Origin: Paramecium tetraurelia
Taxonomy: Eukaryota
Direction: 5' to 3'
Assembly: GCA_000165425.1 (NCBI GenBank)
Contig: CT868650.1
Span: 124,001 to 188,000, forward strand
DNA: 64,000 nucleotides
Shown here: piece by piece, positions 12,327 through 25,257 of the stretch
Layout of the letters: every line of letters begins with the position of its first letter
How positions within the stretch are numbered: the first letter of the stretch is position 1
Notes under the pieces: generated by a model
Database searches by the model: none
The model's input: only the letters and a program-made list of their open reading frames with translations
Told to the model about the DNA's origin: nothing
Translations under genes and position numbers: made by a program

Positions 12327-14413
12327 ATGAAGAAAGATCGCCAATCTTTGCTCTCAAACGAACCCTTCAAAATAGGTGATATTCCATTTAAAACATACTT
12401 GGTGTTAAGACAACCTCAACTGGATGAGCCTGAAAAGACCTAACTCGTTCATCAGCTTAACGAACATAATGTCTAGGTTAAAGATTAATAGTACTAATTC
12501 AGTGGTGTTTTTGCAAACAAGAACTCAAATGAAGATATTTACAAAGCAGTTTTTCGTGATTTGATTTCACATTTCTTGGCTGGAGAATCTCATATGATTT
12601 AGATTTTGGGTGATCGACATTCTGGTAAGGCAACTCTAGGTATAGGGAATATGAGAAATCCAGGACTGGTACTTCTTATTATGCAAGAGATCTTTAATTT
12701 TATTGAAGAGAAATTTCTGGAGAACAATATCACTATAAAGATGAGTGCATTCGAATACGATGAAACAGGTTTCAAAGATTTGTTAGTTTTGGATTCACAA
12801 CCCTTCATGCCGATATTTTAGAATGGTCAAAATCAATTGCTTGGGATTCCAGAAGTCATTATAGATAATTACCTTCTGGGGATGAAAATCTTAAGAATTG
12901 CCATGGTCAATCTAATTAATAAAGAGTAAAACATCCTTAGTCAAAAGTTTGCCGATAGACATAAAAGAACTAATTTCATTATCGAATTAAAGGCTGAGAT
13001 CAGTCCTAATGATGATATTAAAGAATAAGTGATCATTTCGAAACTTAAGATTGTCAAGTTTAGTGGTACCTTTGAGTTTGGACAAATATATAAGACTATG
13101 GCTGATTTAACCACAAAAAGACGAAAACATGTAGATGTGCCATTCAAAAGTGTAGAGTTATTAGACTACTTTAGGGATTATCTGCTAAATCAAAAATAGA
13201 CTGTTTTTGTATGCATTAATAGTGATAGTGTGGAGAGTGTTAAACTTGGATCCTTTATTGGGCAAATAATGAACAAATCTCAATTTTTGACCTTTTCTAT
13301 TTACTAGTAAAATGCTCAATTGAAGGACATTATGAACAATTAATATGAATCATTAAATTTGTTCCATAAAGAATTTTGCCAATACAATGAGAGCAAAAAG
13401 GAAAGAGGCAAAATCATCTTTAGTATTCTTATAGGAATGGCCAATTTATACAAAACCATGTTGAAGTTGTTTGATTAAGCCAGTGAAATAAAGTATAAAT
13501 TAAATTGTCTATACTCACAAGTCATAAGTTTTCATTGTTCCAAATACAATAACATCATCAATACAGAAGATTGTAAGGAATTCTATTTGGCCAAAATTCA
13601 ATTGTATGCTATTGAACAAGTCTAGACTGTTGAATCTACCTGCTAATCCTTGGCGATTGAACTCCTAAATGATCTATTTTCAAAGCATTAGCAATTGATT
13701 AAGTTAAGAAAGGAAATGATACAGTTTGGCAAACAATTTAATAAATATCAACAATTATCCTAATATGACTTGCAAAGATTAAATAATACTCATCAATTGG
13801 TAACCAAATTATTGATCATCTTTGAGCAACGATTAGGCTACAACATCCTAAATTAAATTGATCTAAAATATTATCAGATGTTTGATAATGTATTTGATAT
13901 AGCCTCATTTTATAAAGAGGATGTATAGATATAAAATCAGGATATTCAAAACTAAACTCAGACTTAAACCGTTAAGAAGTAGACTTAATTGAATACTACA
14001 AAATTCTTTAAGCCCACCTTGCCTAGTAAGAAGGAACCTCCCCAAAGACAAAGATTCACAGATGTAGTTTAGTAATTATTCCATGATGAAAATACTAAGG
14101 AATACTATTCAGCTAAATCAGTATTTGGATTAACAAAAATAAATGATCACCCTCAGATGAGGTAGACAGTTAAATCAGAACTATTTGATAAATTGCAATC
14201 TCGCCAAACAAATAACATCAAAGCCATAGTATTGGAAGAGCAGAAATATAGGTATATATTAATTATGACATCTCAAGATTCTTTAGATCTACAGGAGTGG
14301 GATTCATCAAGAACTCTTATAGGACTGGTAACCTGAGAGCTTAATCATAGATGCTACCTAGAATTGTTTAATTCGAAAGTGTTGATCATACTAATTAAAA
14401 TTAATAATCATGA
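12327..14413 (+). CDS. Divergent kinesin-motor-fold protein with degenerate nucleotide-binding motifs
   Basis: Kinesin order of elements: YQFSGVF..SNEDIY, LISHFLAG, ILGDRHSGKA (P-loop position), NPGLVLLIMQEIF, IKMSAFEY..FKDLL, VPFK..LLDYFRDYL, TVFVCIN. Then a helical stalk. Confidence 0.65.
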
Positions 14414-14468
14414 TTATAGGTATAGATTATTTCTTTGTTGTATGCTAAATAAATTGATATTAATAAAT

Positions 14469-15351
14469 ATGAACATAAATAACTAATTACTTAAGATCGT
14501 GCAAGATGTAAATAATTTAAGATGCAATTTACAGATATAAGCTGTTATCAAGAGTGATATCGAAATCAAGCCTAGCTTGGATGAAATTCTCAAGATTCTC
14601 AAGTAGCAGGTGGCAATTTTGATCGAATTAGTTCAACAATAAAAAGGGGTAGAGTATGATCAGTTGGAGAAGGCAGTTTAAAAGGCGGAAGCTGAAATTC
14701 GAAATCATATCAGAGTAATTATCTACAGTAATTTGCTAGTTGGAGCAGCAAATGAAGTTATATTCGGATAGTCTTTAAGAGAAAATCGATTAATTGGAGA
14801 AGGAGAAGTTAGAATTATTGGAGAAGGTATAAAATAGGTTAGTAACCTTAAGAACAAAAGTTTGACTGCAGGTTAGGAACGAAAGATCTCTTCTCAAAAC
14901 CAAACTAGAGAATCCAGTCCCAGCTTGTTCAAAAAAACATACATCCTGGGGAACCAAGTGTACAATAGACAGTAGGGCATTCAACAAGAGGGTTGTGTCA
15001 CAATGGCTCAGAATTGTGATAGTCAATAGACACGAGAGAGAAGAAGTTCTGGGACTCAGCACTCATATATGATGATGAAAAACATGTAAGAACCAAATGT
15101 ATTGAGTAGTCGTGAGAAAGTGAATATGAATGCTTCACAGGAGAAGGTTGGTGATAAGAGTTCCACAATTTTGAAATCTCAAAACAGCACTTCCTTGTTG
15201 AAGATGTACAACATCCAGAAACTCATCATTAAAAATTAGTAGGATAAACAATTGCAACAACTAAAGAAGTAATGTGTATGCTGTTATTAAGCTTAGCAAA
15301 ACTATAAATTAGATATTAGATGACTCTCAAGCTACTAAAAAGAAACCTTGA
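14469..15351 (+). CDS. Hypothetical coiled-coil protein
   Basis: EYDQLEKAVQKAEAEIRNHIR/LEQQMKLYSDSLQEKIDQLEKEK. Two short introns; ends at TGA 15349-15351. Confidence 0.65.
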
Positions 15352-15413
15352 TTTATTAATCGTTATCTCATAATATAATTTATACCGTTCAATTATTTTA
15401 AATTTAAACTCAA

Positions 15414-18400
15414 ATGTCTGAAAGAGTTAAAGTAGCAGTTCGACTTCGACCATTAATTGATGAGGAATTAATTTGTAAAGACAAATCCATTTGTGTCGAA
15501 ACTATTGATCCCAATAAAAAACTAATCATCAGTACTCACTTCCAAATATTATTAGTCAAGAAGGATTTTGAGAAGAGGCAGTTTCAATTTGACTCTGTAT
15601 TTGATTCGAAAGCATCATAAAATCAGGTTTACAACGATATCGCAAGAGGAGTTGTTGGAGTAAACTTATAATCTATAATCAATTTAGAGCGTAGTCAAAG
15701 GCTTTAATGGTACTATATTTTGTTATGGTCAAACCGGAACAGGTAAAACATATACCATGATGGGAAAACTTGATTCAGATGAAAAGGGAATCACTCCACG
15801 TACTTTTGAATAAATTTTTAATGAAATCTAAGCAGACACAAATAACATTTACACTGTGTAATTGGGTTATTTGTAAATATATATGGAGATGGTATTGTTT
15901 AAATGATAAATTTAGTTGCTGGATCTTATTAGACCTGATAATTAAGATGTGAAAATAAGAGAATGTCCAGATAATGGTGTATTTGTGTCAGGATTGGAAT
16001 GGATGGAAGTTGAATCCCCTTAAGAATGTCTAAGTATTATGAATTTTGCAGAAAAAAACAAAGTGGTTGCATTCACCAATTTAAATGCCCATTCTTCCAG
16101 GTCTCATTCTATGCTTGTAATCAAAGTAGAGAAGAGATAATCCAAATAACATTCTAGATCTATGACCATTTCTAAGAAACCTAGTTCCAAATTATAAAAC
16201 TACTCTCAGGATATGATCACAGAAACTGATGAAAGTATATTGCCATCTGGGAATTGTGTTGGAACACTATATCTTGTTGATTTGGCAGGAAGTGAGAGAA
16301 TCAAGAAATCAAGAGCTACAGGGGATCGTCTTAGTGAAGCCAGATCCATCAACTACTCACTTACAGCCTTGGGAAAATGCATTCATGCCTTAACTGGTCC
16401 CAAATCTACATTTGTTCCCTTTAGAGATTCAAAATTGACTCGCATTCTCTAAGATGCTCTTGGTGGTAATTGTAAAACTGCTTTAATTGTGAACATTGGT
16501 CCAGCTGGCAAACATGTAGAAGAGACTCTATCCAGTTTAACATTTGGCATGAGAGCTATGAAAGTTACAAATACTCCATAAATTAATCAGAATGTTGATT
16601 TTGAAGTACAATCTATCTTTTATCCACATAGTAATTAAGCATTTAACTCAAAATGGAAATTGAAATGAAGGATGAGATCATTTAAAAGTTGGAATAATAA
16701 TAAGTCAAGTTGCTTTCATAGGGCAGAATGGAACCCAGTAACAGTAATCTTAGTAGTTCAGATCACCAATATAAAGTTAAATTAGAAAAAGCAGAAGAAG
16801 AACATAAAGCATTTTTGGAAGAAATTGATAATATGATGGTCGAATAAGAATAAGAAAATGAAGAACTCAAAAAACAATTGGCTAGAGTCATGTTGGAATT
16901 GGAAGATTCCAAAAACAGGGAACACACCTTAGAGTAGGAAATAGATGAGTTTAAGAATGTTCAATAGCAACTAGAGAATGAATTAGAGGAAGCTTTGACA
17001 AATGTAATAGATTTTTATTAGTTTAATAGAAAAATGAATTTGCAGATACGATTAATCATTTACAATAGAAATTAGAAATGAAGGATAGAGAAATTTAAGA
17101 ATTAAAGTAGTCTACAGTCTTGTCCACAAAGAACACTGATATCATTAAAATATCAAAGGAAAAATAAAATCAAATGTGGAGATCTGAATTACAACAGATT
17201 ACTTCATAATATGCCAATAAATTAGAAGAAGTCAAAAGATTAGAGTTCTAATAATAAGAAAAAGAGAACAATAATATTTTAGAGTATAGATAACGAAATG
17301 AAGAGCTCATTTTATAAGTTAAATAATACAAATACGAATTATCTCAATGGAAGGAATAGGAGTAATAATTATTATAGAGCTATTAATAACTTGATGAATG
17401 TTTACAACAATAAAAGGAGGTTTTCTAATAGGAGTAATCTAAACTATTAACTTAAATTAAAGATCTTGAAGCAGTCAATAATGAAATTACCAAAAGGCTA
17501 GAATAATATGAGATTAAATTAAAAAAATAAAAGGATCAATAACAACAGAATGAATTTGTCTATCAACAAGAATTAGAAATGAAAAATGAACATCTGAACA
17601 AAGTATAAGTAGAATATCTTGAAATCTAAAAATAAATTACTATGATCAAAGAATAATACTCGACTATATAGACGATTAATTAGTAGAAGGTGAAGCAATT
17701 GAATCATGAAAATCAAATGCTCATTAATAAAAATGCTGACTACTAATTGTAAGTCTAATAATTAATTGAAAAGCACAATGAACTTTTAGTGTAAATCTAA
17801 CAAGGCAAAAATTCGCAATACAACAACTACAATCAATTTTTTAATAGCTCCAAAGTCGAATACCAAGCAAACTAATCATATGTAAATGAATAAAATTTTG
17901 ATATCGAATTGAAAAAATCAATTACAGTTTCTGGTGTCAATGAAGGGCAAATTGTTTTTGAGATGCAATTTCGAATTCAATAATTAGAAGATTTTATTGA
18001 TTAATTGTAAAATTAATTAAAATAGAAGGAAACCATTATTGAGGAACTTCAATTAAAAGGATCCCAATAATAGAAAGAGGCAGATTAACTAAAATTTTAA
18101 TTGGAATCATTCTCCAAGAGATCTTAATAATCTCTATAAAGAATGGAAGAGACTATGTGTTAAGAAGTCGTTAGAAGTGTCTTAGAGAAGATGATTTTTT
18201 AAGTCGAATTGAACTCTTTTGAATCTGATGATATTAGCAGTCGTGCTCCAGATAGTGATCTGAAGCTATAAATGAAATCATTTTCTAAATAAGATAATGC
18301 TTAATTAGTTGAAAGTTTATTTATAAATTCTAGACGAAGTTAACACAATGCTATAGTCGAGTGTGATGAAGAAGAAGACAATTCATCAGAAATTGATTAC

Positions 18401-18957
18401 TAATTACCAAAATTCAGTTAATCTGGCAAGAAGATATAATAAAAATTGAGAATGTCAAAAAGTAGATAAGATTCGGTATTCTCATTCAGTGAGAAATAAT
18501 AAAAAAAAGAGGCTGTGTCTCTTTATGATGATTTAAGCGAAATTAATTAATAATTTGATGTCTAAAGTCCAAGATCTTAATTAGATGAAATACAATTTTA
18601 AATTGATTTTAGTGATGCCAATGCTGTAGATAAATTTATGTCATAAATCAAAAAAAAATAAGTATCTCTACTTCAAAATAATGACTTATCTGTAGGGTCA
18701 ATATAATAAGCACATAGTCCTTAGTATATAGAGAGCTTAAGTGAAAAGAAATCCAAATCAAATTCGAGGTAAATATTGTCATTTATCATAGAATTGGAAA
18801 TGAAGAATTATAAGAAGTTATTAAAGTGATGGCATAAATGTTAGTTGAAAAAAGTAAGACTGAATAAACAGTGACTAATAATACTTTGGAAACCTTAAGA
18901 GCTTCCTTATTAGATTTTAACAATTTGTGCAACACTTTAACAACCTATTTTTTGTGA
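15414..18957 (+). CDS. N-terminal-motor kinesin with long coiled-coil stalk
   Basis: [85 protein letters not shown]. Several introns; TGA at 18955-18957. Confidence 0.95.
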
Positions 18958-19101
18958 AAAAGTTTAGTTTTATCTATTTTTTCAATTAATTATTTAAAAT
19001 CACAATCTGGTATCTAGAAATGTACCTAGATTCTTATATATCTGTTTTAACACCATTTGTAAACATATTGTATATATTAGTATTCATACTTTAAATTTAT
19101 A

Positions 19102-20106
19102 TCATAAATTGGCTTCTTCATCCAATCTTTGCCTTTTCAACCCAATCTCATCTAAGAGTTACATTGCCAAAGTTTATATTTCTTTACTATCATCACTTAA
19201 ACTGTTCATTAAAATCAGAATCAAATTGTTTTCAAAACTATTCAAGTTTTGAATAGAAAAGTGCATTAGTAATTCAGCCACTGCAATCAGAGTCCCTTTT
19301 CTTACATCAGAGGACTTATCTAAAGAAAGATTTCTTAAATTAGTTAAAACAACCTCTAAGAATGTTCCATTAGTTCTGCTTAAGAGAATTGGAGCGATAC
19401 TCTTAGAGATACTTAATAAAGTCTTACATCAACCGTTGCCTTTCTTATTTTTGTATGAGCATGCTGCATATTTTAACTTAGAGATTTGACTGCTTCTCCC
19501 ATATACTCTCCAATGGGTAACTTTTTTGAAATCTCAGCTGCAAATAAGGCTGCATCCTATCAATTTATGGAGTAATTTACTTTTTTGACTTCTGGGAAAT
19601 TGTCTTGAAGGGCCTTTCCGATCATATGTGCTAGTCTTTATAAATTATTTGTATAAGCATCAATATGTTTCACTTATATTTTATGTAACAATTTAATTAA
19701 TGCTAATCGTATTTCTTCACTTGTTTCTGTAAATGGTAATTGATTGAGTCGATTAATAATTGTATCAACAATTAATCTGAGAGTCTCAGTATTAAAATTC
19801 TAGTCATGAAGATCAAGATAATTTAACACTATATTTATGGCAGTTTCTCTATTTCTCTCTACTTAGTCTTCGAATGCTCTTAACAGGTTTTTAAGTGCAT
19901 AAGCATCAAAAATATAAATACGCTCGTGAGCATTAGACTTGACTTTGAAGAAATCTTAGAGTTTTGTTAATCCTTATTTCCTCAAGTTTCTATCCTATAA
20001 TAATAGCAAATCAACTCACCTAATCAATTATGCAATTAATATCTCTTTAGAGCAATTTAATTTAATCTTCGACGAAACTTCGATCGATATTTGGCTCGGT
20101 AAGCAT
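19102..20106 (-). CDS. HEAT-repeat protein resembling the N-terminal part of DNAAF5/HEATR2
   Basis: LQRDINCIIDQDRNLRKQGL, LLRAFEDQVERNRETAI, ETSEEIRLALIKLL, ALQDNFPEVKK, HAHTKIRKA, LSLDKSSDVR, LMNSLSDDSKEI. Only about 310 aa. Confidence 0.65.
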
Positions 20107-20291
20107 TCTAATATAAACTATTTTAATTAAAATATAAATCCTATAAATAAAATCTGTATTAAAAATAGCAACACATTTTTAGAAAGTAATCGACATATGG
20201 GATATGATTGGTGGTATTTAGATGTATACAAATCTAAAATGAGAATATATTGAAAATGTATTCTATTTCATATAAAGTTGAGTATTATATT

Positions 20292-21534
20292 TCAAAATAT
20301 AGTTGTTTAATTAACGGTATCTATGGCTGTTCTTAAATATGGAAGATTGCTTATGTCTTTATTTTCTTAGTTTTTGATAATAACTTCAGTAGTTGCATTG
20401 ATACTCATGATTCTGTCCCTTTCAAGTCTATAGGTTTCACTAAACGAATTCTTTTTTATAAACTTGAAATTCTTATTATTAGTATTGATTTTTTATTATT
20501 GCAACTAGGTACTTCGTCTAAGGATTTGTTTTGGAGAGACACTCTTATATATTTATTTAAGTTCTGAATTTTTTTGGTGAACTTTAGGAAGAAGAGGTTT
20601 GAGGGTAAGTTACTCATTTCCTTATTGTTGTTGTTATTCTGAATTATACTTTTTGGTGATATCCTCGAGAGCATGTCTTAATTGATGCTCTTAAGGGAGA
20701 CATTACTCCGATAATTATAAGGCAGATTGAAATATTTTCTTGGATTCAAACTATAATTTTAAGTGTTCCATTTCAACTCCTAGATTATGATATGCGACAA
20801 CTAAGATGGACATCCTTTCTTACACCTTCTTACTTTCATTATAATGAGATTTGACAGTATTCACATATTAAACGCTAGATTATCTGGATGGGAAGGCTTA
20901 GAATAAAAGATCGAAGTATACATTGTTCATTTGGTTAATCCTATTTTAACTCTGGTTTTTGAAAAGTAGAAATGAGTAATTCATGTTGCAACATGATGAT
21001 TGACAAATAGATGTGTTGAATGGCTTCGTCATGTCTTTCTAATTAAGACAGAACTGCACAGAGATTTAAGTAGATGTCAGGCAATGAAGTGGATTGTTTT
21101 TATCTAATGTAAGATCATGAATACTGTAATTCAATTGCCAATGCCTATTGCAAATATTGAAGAGCTGTTCTGGTTTTGCCCATCTTTCTATAATAGCAAG
21201 CCAAATTATTAAAAGTTTGAACCTATGTTATCGTTAAATCAAACCTTTAATTCTGGAACGTAAATTGTAGCCACTTCAGCCTTTCGTAAATATTCAATGC
21301 ACTATTCGTAATTTTATTTTTATAGGGCTATGAGACCCTGCTGGTTCAACAATTTACACAATATTTGATTCTACCTCACCATCTAATATTTCGTTAATTT
21401 GAATCACTTACTGTTAAATCATCCAACCCATAAATTGTGGTTCTCTTTTGAATAGAGGTCTCTAATTACTGGATGTACTTCTCGATCTTCCCCTCACTAA
21501 GATTTGTTATATCTATATTTTCGTTGTCCGACAT
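20292..21534 (-). CDS. TPR-repeat protein with low-complexity C-terminus
   Basis: CIEYLRKAE, TFNNLACYYRKMGKTRTALQYLQQALAIE, DIYLNLCAVLSQLERHDEA, IYFDLLFQA. Short introns. Confidence 0.8.
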
Positions 21535-21550
21535 TAAATTAATTAAATAA

Positions 21551-22485
21551 ATGAGTTCTCCAGACACCAATTCCAATCGACATCAAACCAAGAAGAGGAC
21601 CAAACTTGACTCCAATAAATCTTACTCTTTCTACGATTCCTTTGTCACAAGAAAGGACATAATTAAATTGGCCTCCTTGGAAACACAAAACCAATAAAGG
21701 GAATTTCTTAAAACTGTCATCGTGCGATTTGAAACAGGACACAAAAAAGGAGGAGTATTCACCTTCCAAGTTTATGAGCTTATCTCCTTTTAATATTACC
21801 AAACTCAAACTATATCTAAAGTATATTTGGCATCTATTATTCCTAGGCCACAGAAGAGTCTCAATAAGAGTGTAAATTGGCTGTCTTCTCAGAATACCTA
21901 TTGCAGATGTACAACTATCTTAAAAATTGCACATTTGAGTAGAAATCTGCCTTCATGTCATTAGGGTTTTATATTTTTGTAGAGAGTTTAGAACGCAAAA
22001 TCACATAAATCGATTCATATGAAATATTCAAAAGGCTACTCAGACCTAAGATACTTTTGACAAACACATACAACCTACCCATATTTACTCAGGAGCACAT
22101 CATGGAATTCAATAAATTCATGACAAGCTATTTTTATAGGTGATCTATCCAAAGTATTATTAGATATTATTCCCTATATGAATTAAGAATGACCACTTAT
22201 TAAGAAGTCAATATCTTTGGTAGATTAAAAGGAGAAAACCCAGTATAAGTTGAAAAAGAAGAAGACAAAGATTCCATACAAGAAGAAGACGAATTCAACT
22301 TCAAAGATGTAGAAGTTCATTTAGATGATGAAGTCTAACCTGAACAAGAAGTCAAGAGGATCAACGAAAAAGATGAAGAATAAATTGAAAAATTGATGGA
22401 ATAATACAAATTGAATTGGAATACAAGGTTAGATGGATCATCATTATTGCAAGAGGCTGAAAAAATATTAACAAAGAAAAAATGA
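21551..22485 (+). CDS. CFAP119: Central-apparatus C1a-32 / CFAP119 (CCDC189)-like ciliary protein
   Basis: YNYLKNCTFEQKSAFMSL...DSYEIFKRLL...PIFTQEHIMEFNKFMTSYFYRYYSLYELRMT fits the C1a-32 domain pattern (F..EQ.SA..S, F..LL, IF......Y....Y.RHY.LY). Acidic coiled tail. Confidence 0.65.
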
Positions 22486-22492
22486 TATAATT

Positions 22493-22755
22493 TCATTATA
22501 TTTATATTTCATTTATTTTACTTGGTATTTTGAGTACTTCCCCTTGCAACTAATCAAGTCAAAATATTTTAATACTTGCTATAGAGCTGCAATCAAATTG
22601 TCAAAATCAGTTAACACATTTTTTATACCAATATCATCTATCTTCAAATTTGGATCAAAAGGGACTTAAGCAAAGACAATGTTAGATCCCATATTTCCAT
22701 TTCCACTATCTCTTCTTACTATCGAGGAATTCATACTACCACATGATGCTCCCAT
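22493..22755 (-). CDS. Small (~78 aa) putatively N-myristoylated/palmitoylated protein
   Basis: MGASCGSMNSS...VPFDPNLKIDDIGIKNVLTDFDNLIAALQQ/LQGEVLKIPSKINEIQIQ-TGA, assuming one 26-nt intron. Confidence 0.5.
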
Positions 22756-23524
22756 TTTAATTTATAATATTTATAATTATTAAAATTAAATTTAGAATGT
22801 CTTAATATTATGTAGAATAATAAATAAAGAAATCATTATTTAGAGTGAAATAAGAATAGTCTTCTCTCTTCTATTTGGGAGATTAGATGAAATAATTATA
22901 GAAATGAAGAGATCTTATGAATAATTATGACTAATAATGATTACTTTATGATTAAACTTATATTGATTAACTTAAATAGAGTATTTCAAGACTTCAGAAT
23001 AATTTATCAAGATATATTGCTTTAATAGTTTTCAAAATTTATTTCCTTCCATATTTTTAAATTCGCAATCAATAAAATAGCTAAGATTTTATTCTATTTC
23101 AAACCAATATACAGAGAACAATTAATATTAAGTTTTTTAAACTTCAATTCAATATATACTAAAATAATACAGTAAAGCAGAAATATGATTCATTTTTTTG
23201 GTCATTACTCTATTTCAGTAGATCATAAAACCAAAAATCTAGTTTAAGATTTTTAAATAAAGATTAAGTCCTTTTTGCATTCAATTTGAATCAACTTTTG
23301 AGTATGAAAGATTTTCTTAAATTACATTTAGGTAAATCAATATTAATAAATGTTTTGGCTATTGAATATTTAATGCAATGTGATATCTATATTAAGCAAC
23401 TTTAAATATTTTCAAACACAATATTACATATTTATGAAAGAGAAATGTTATAGTTAATTATTGCTTATAACTCCAATTAAAATAATTCAACTAAAATGAT
23501 AATAGATATAAATTATATTATGAA

Positions 23525-24034
23525 TCAGTTTAACATATTTTTTAGTTTAAACTTACACTTTTTAAACAAAGGTTCTTAATTTATTTTAAGTTTTTAAGAG
23601 ACAGGATTTATTTAAGAAATAAAATTGAAGTAAGTACTTGATGAGTGTGTCAAATATTATAATTAACTATTTTACTTTTAAGCCATCAACAAGCTCTATA
23701 GACATTTTTATCGGTATTAACTAGTTGAGTTTTTTCTTGATGATTTATGTGGCGTAGAAATGATAATCCTTTGCATGATTTTAGTGTAAGAAGGAGTAGC
23801 AGGAGGTATTCCTAGATCTACGAATTAATTCGTTTGTTGGCAACTCTAAGGTCTTTTCGGAGTAGTCGGTGTTTCTGTAGTATGATACCTGGGTTGAATG
23901 CGAGATATTGGTTGTTTAAATTTTATGGTTTTGACTTTTGAGTTACTCTTCTTGGCTGGTCCAATGGGTGCATCCCAAGGTTCTGCAAAAAACTCAGTTT
24001 CAAATCTTTAAAAAAAATTATTTCTTAGTGGCAT
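23525..24034 (-). CDS. Hypothetical low-complexity protein
   Basis: GC-elevated island with a 170-codon frame MPLRNNFFQRFETEFFAEPWDAPIG...TTETPTTPKRPQSC. Start uncertain. Confidence 0.4.
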
Positions 24035-24599
24035 TTATAAAAACTCTCCTGCTGCGTGATCCATATTCAACAAATCAACCTGAGGATCATGAGACATCTG
24101 ATATTTATATTATTGTTTATTAAATCATATAACAATTCTAATTTTAATAAACAATACCTTAATATAATAACAATAAAAAGCTTAGGTTTTATTATTAAAA
24201 TAAGTGAAAATCAATTTATTTATACTCCTCCTTATGATAGAAATTATACTTATATATTACTAGAATATATAGATCTATTAATTTTGGACATATTTATAGG
24301 GTGAATAAACTTGCAATTTAATTGAGAATTCTTTAAAAATTGATTATCTATGTTGAATAAGGCTTTCTTAAATTTCATTTTTTAAATATTATTTCTCATT
24401 CTCATACTATAATCAGGCTATTGTTAAATGATAAAGGAATAACAATTCATCTAAACAATATATCTGTAATGGTCGATTATAATACAAAAAGAGAGCTTTT
24501 TAAGAAAAGGTAGGTAATTTTGTAATGTATCCTTGTTAATTGAATGAATAGTAATAATATCTATAATTCAATAAATTATATAAAAAAAATAAATAATTC

Positions 24600-25246
24600 A
24601 TGAACGATTTACGAAGGATAGAAAAAGAGATCCAAGAAAAGCAACGTTTAGTACAGTTCCTAGATGAAATAAGGCTCCATCATTTTTTAAGAATCCGTAT
24701 CGTCCGACAGCAAGGTTGTTAAAATAGGTGAGAAGACAGGCAAACTTTATAAAGACGACCAGTCATTCGAAATATGAGGAAATGATAGACAAAGTGATGC
24801 AGAGAAGTCCACGATAAAGCAGGATAAAAGAACCACCTACTCAAGAATAAATACTAGATAACATTATCTAGGAGTTAAAAAAGGAAATTGAATAGAAAAA
24901 AGCAAATTTGTATTATAATTGTTGAAATAGATCTCCGACATTTTGTTTAAGGAGGAGGGAGCATTTTGATTAGCATGATAAGATTTTGACCCTCAAAACT
25001 CTGATCTCACATATCCATAACGAACAAGCAATTAGAAATCGTCAACCTTAATCTAAATTCCCTTGTATCTAGTTGGAAAGCAACTCGTGTGATTCAGATA
25101 GAGTGATGTCAATAATCTCAGCATGTTCTAAATAAAACAATTAGTTAGAGAAAATGCATAAATTCGTGAATTAAAAACAGAGAAACCAAAGAAAAAGATT
25201 TGCCTCGTTGCATGATCAAATAGGATTACTATATTTATTAGAGTGA
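24600..25246 (+). CDS. Hypothetical protein (apparent 1-nt frameshift near 24667)
   Basis: MNDLRRIEKEIQEKQRLVQFLDE continues plausibly as KAPSFFKNPYRPTARLLKQ only after a -1 shift. One 21-nt intron; TGA at 25244-25246. Confidence 0.5.
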
Positions 25247-25257
25247 AATTCCCTCTA

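Noticed and set aside
18769..18829. Earlier TGA (18827-18829) as the kinesin stop
   Set aside because: A typical 23-nt GT..TAG intron at 18769-18791 shifts the frame and extends the CDS to 18957.
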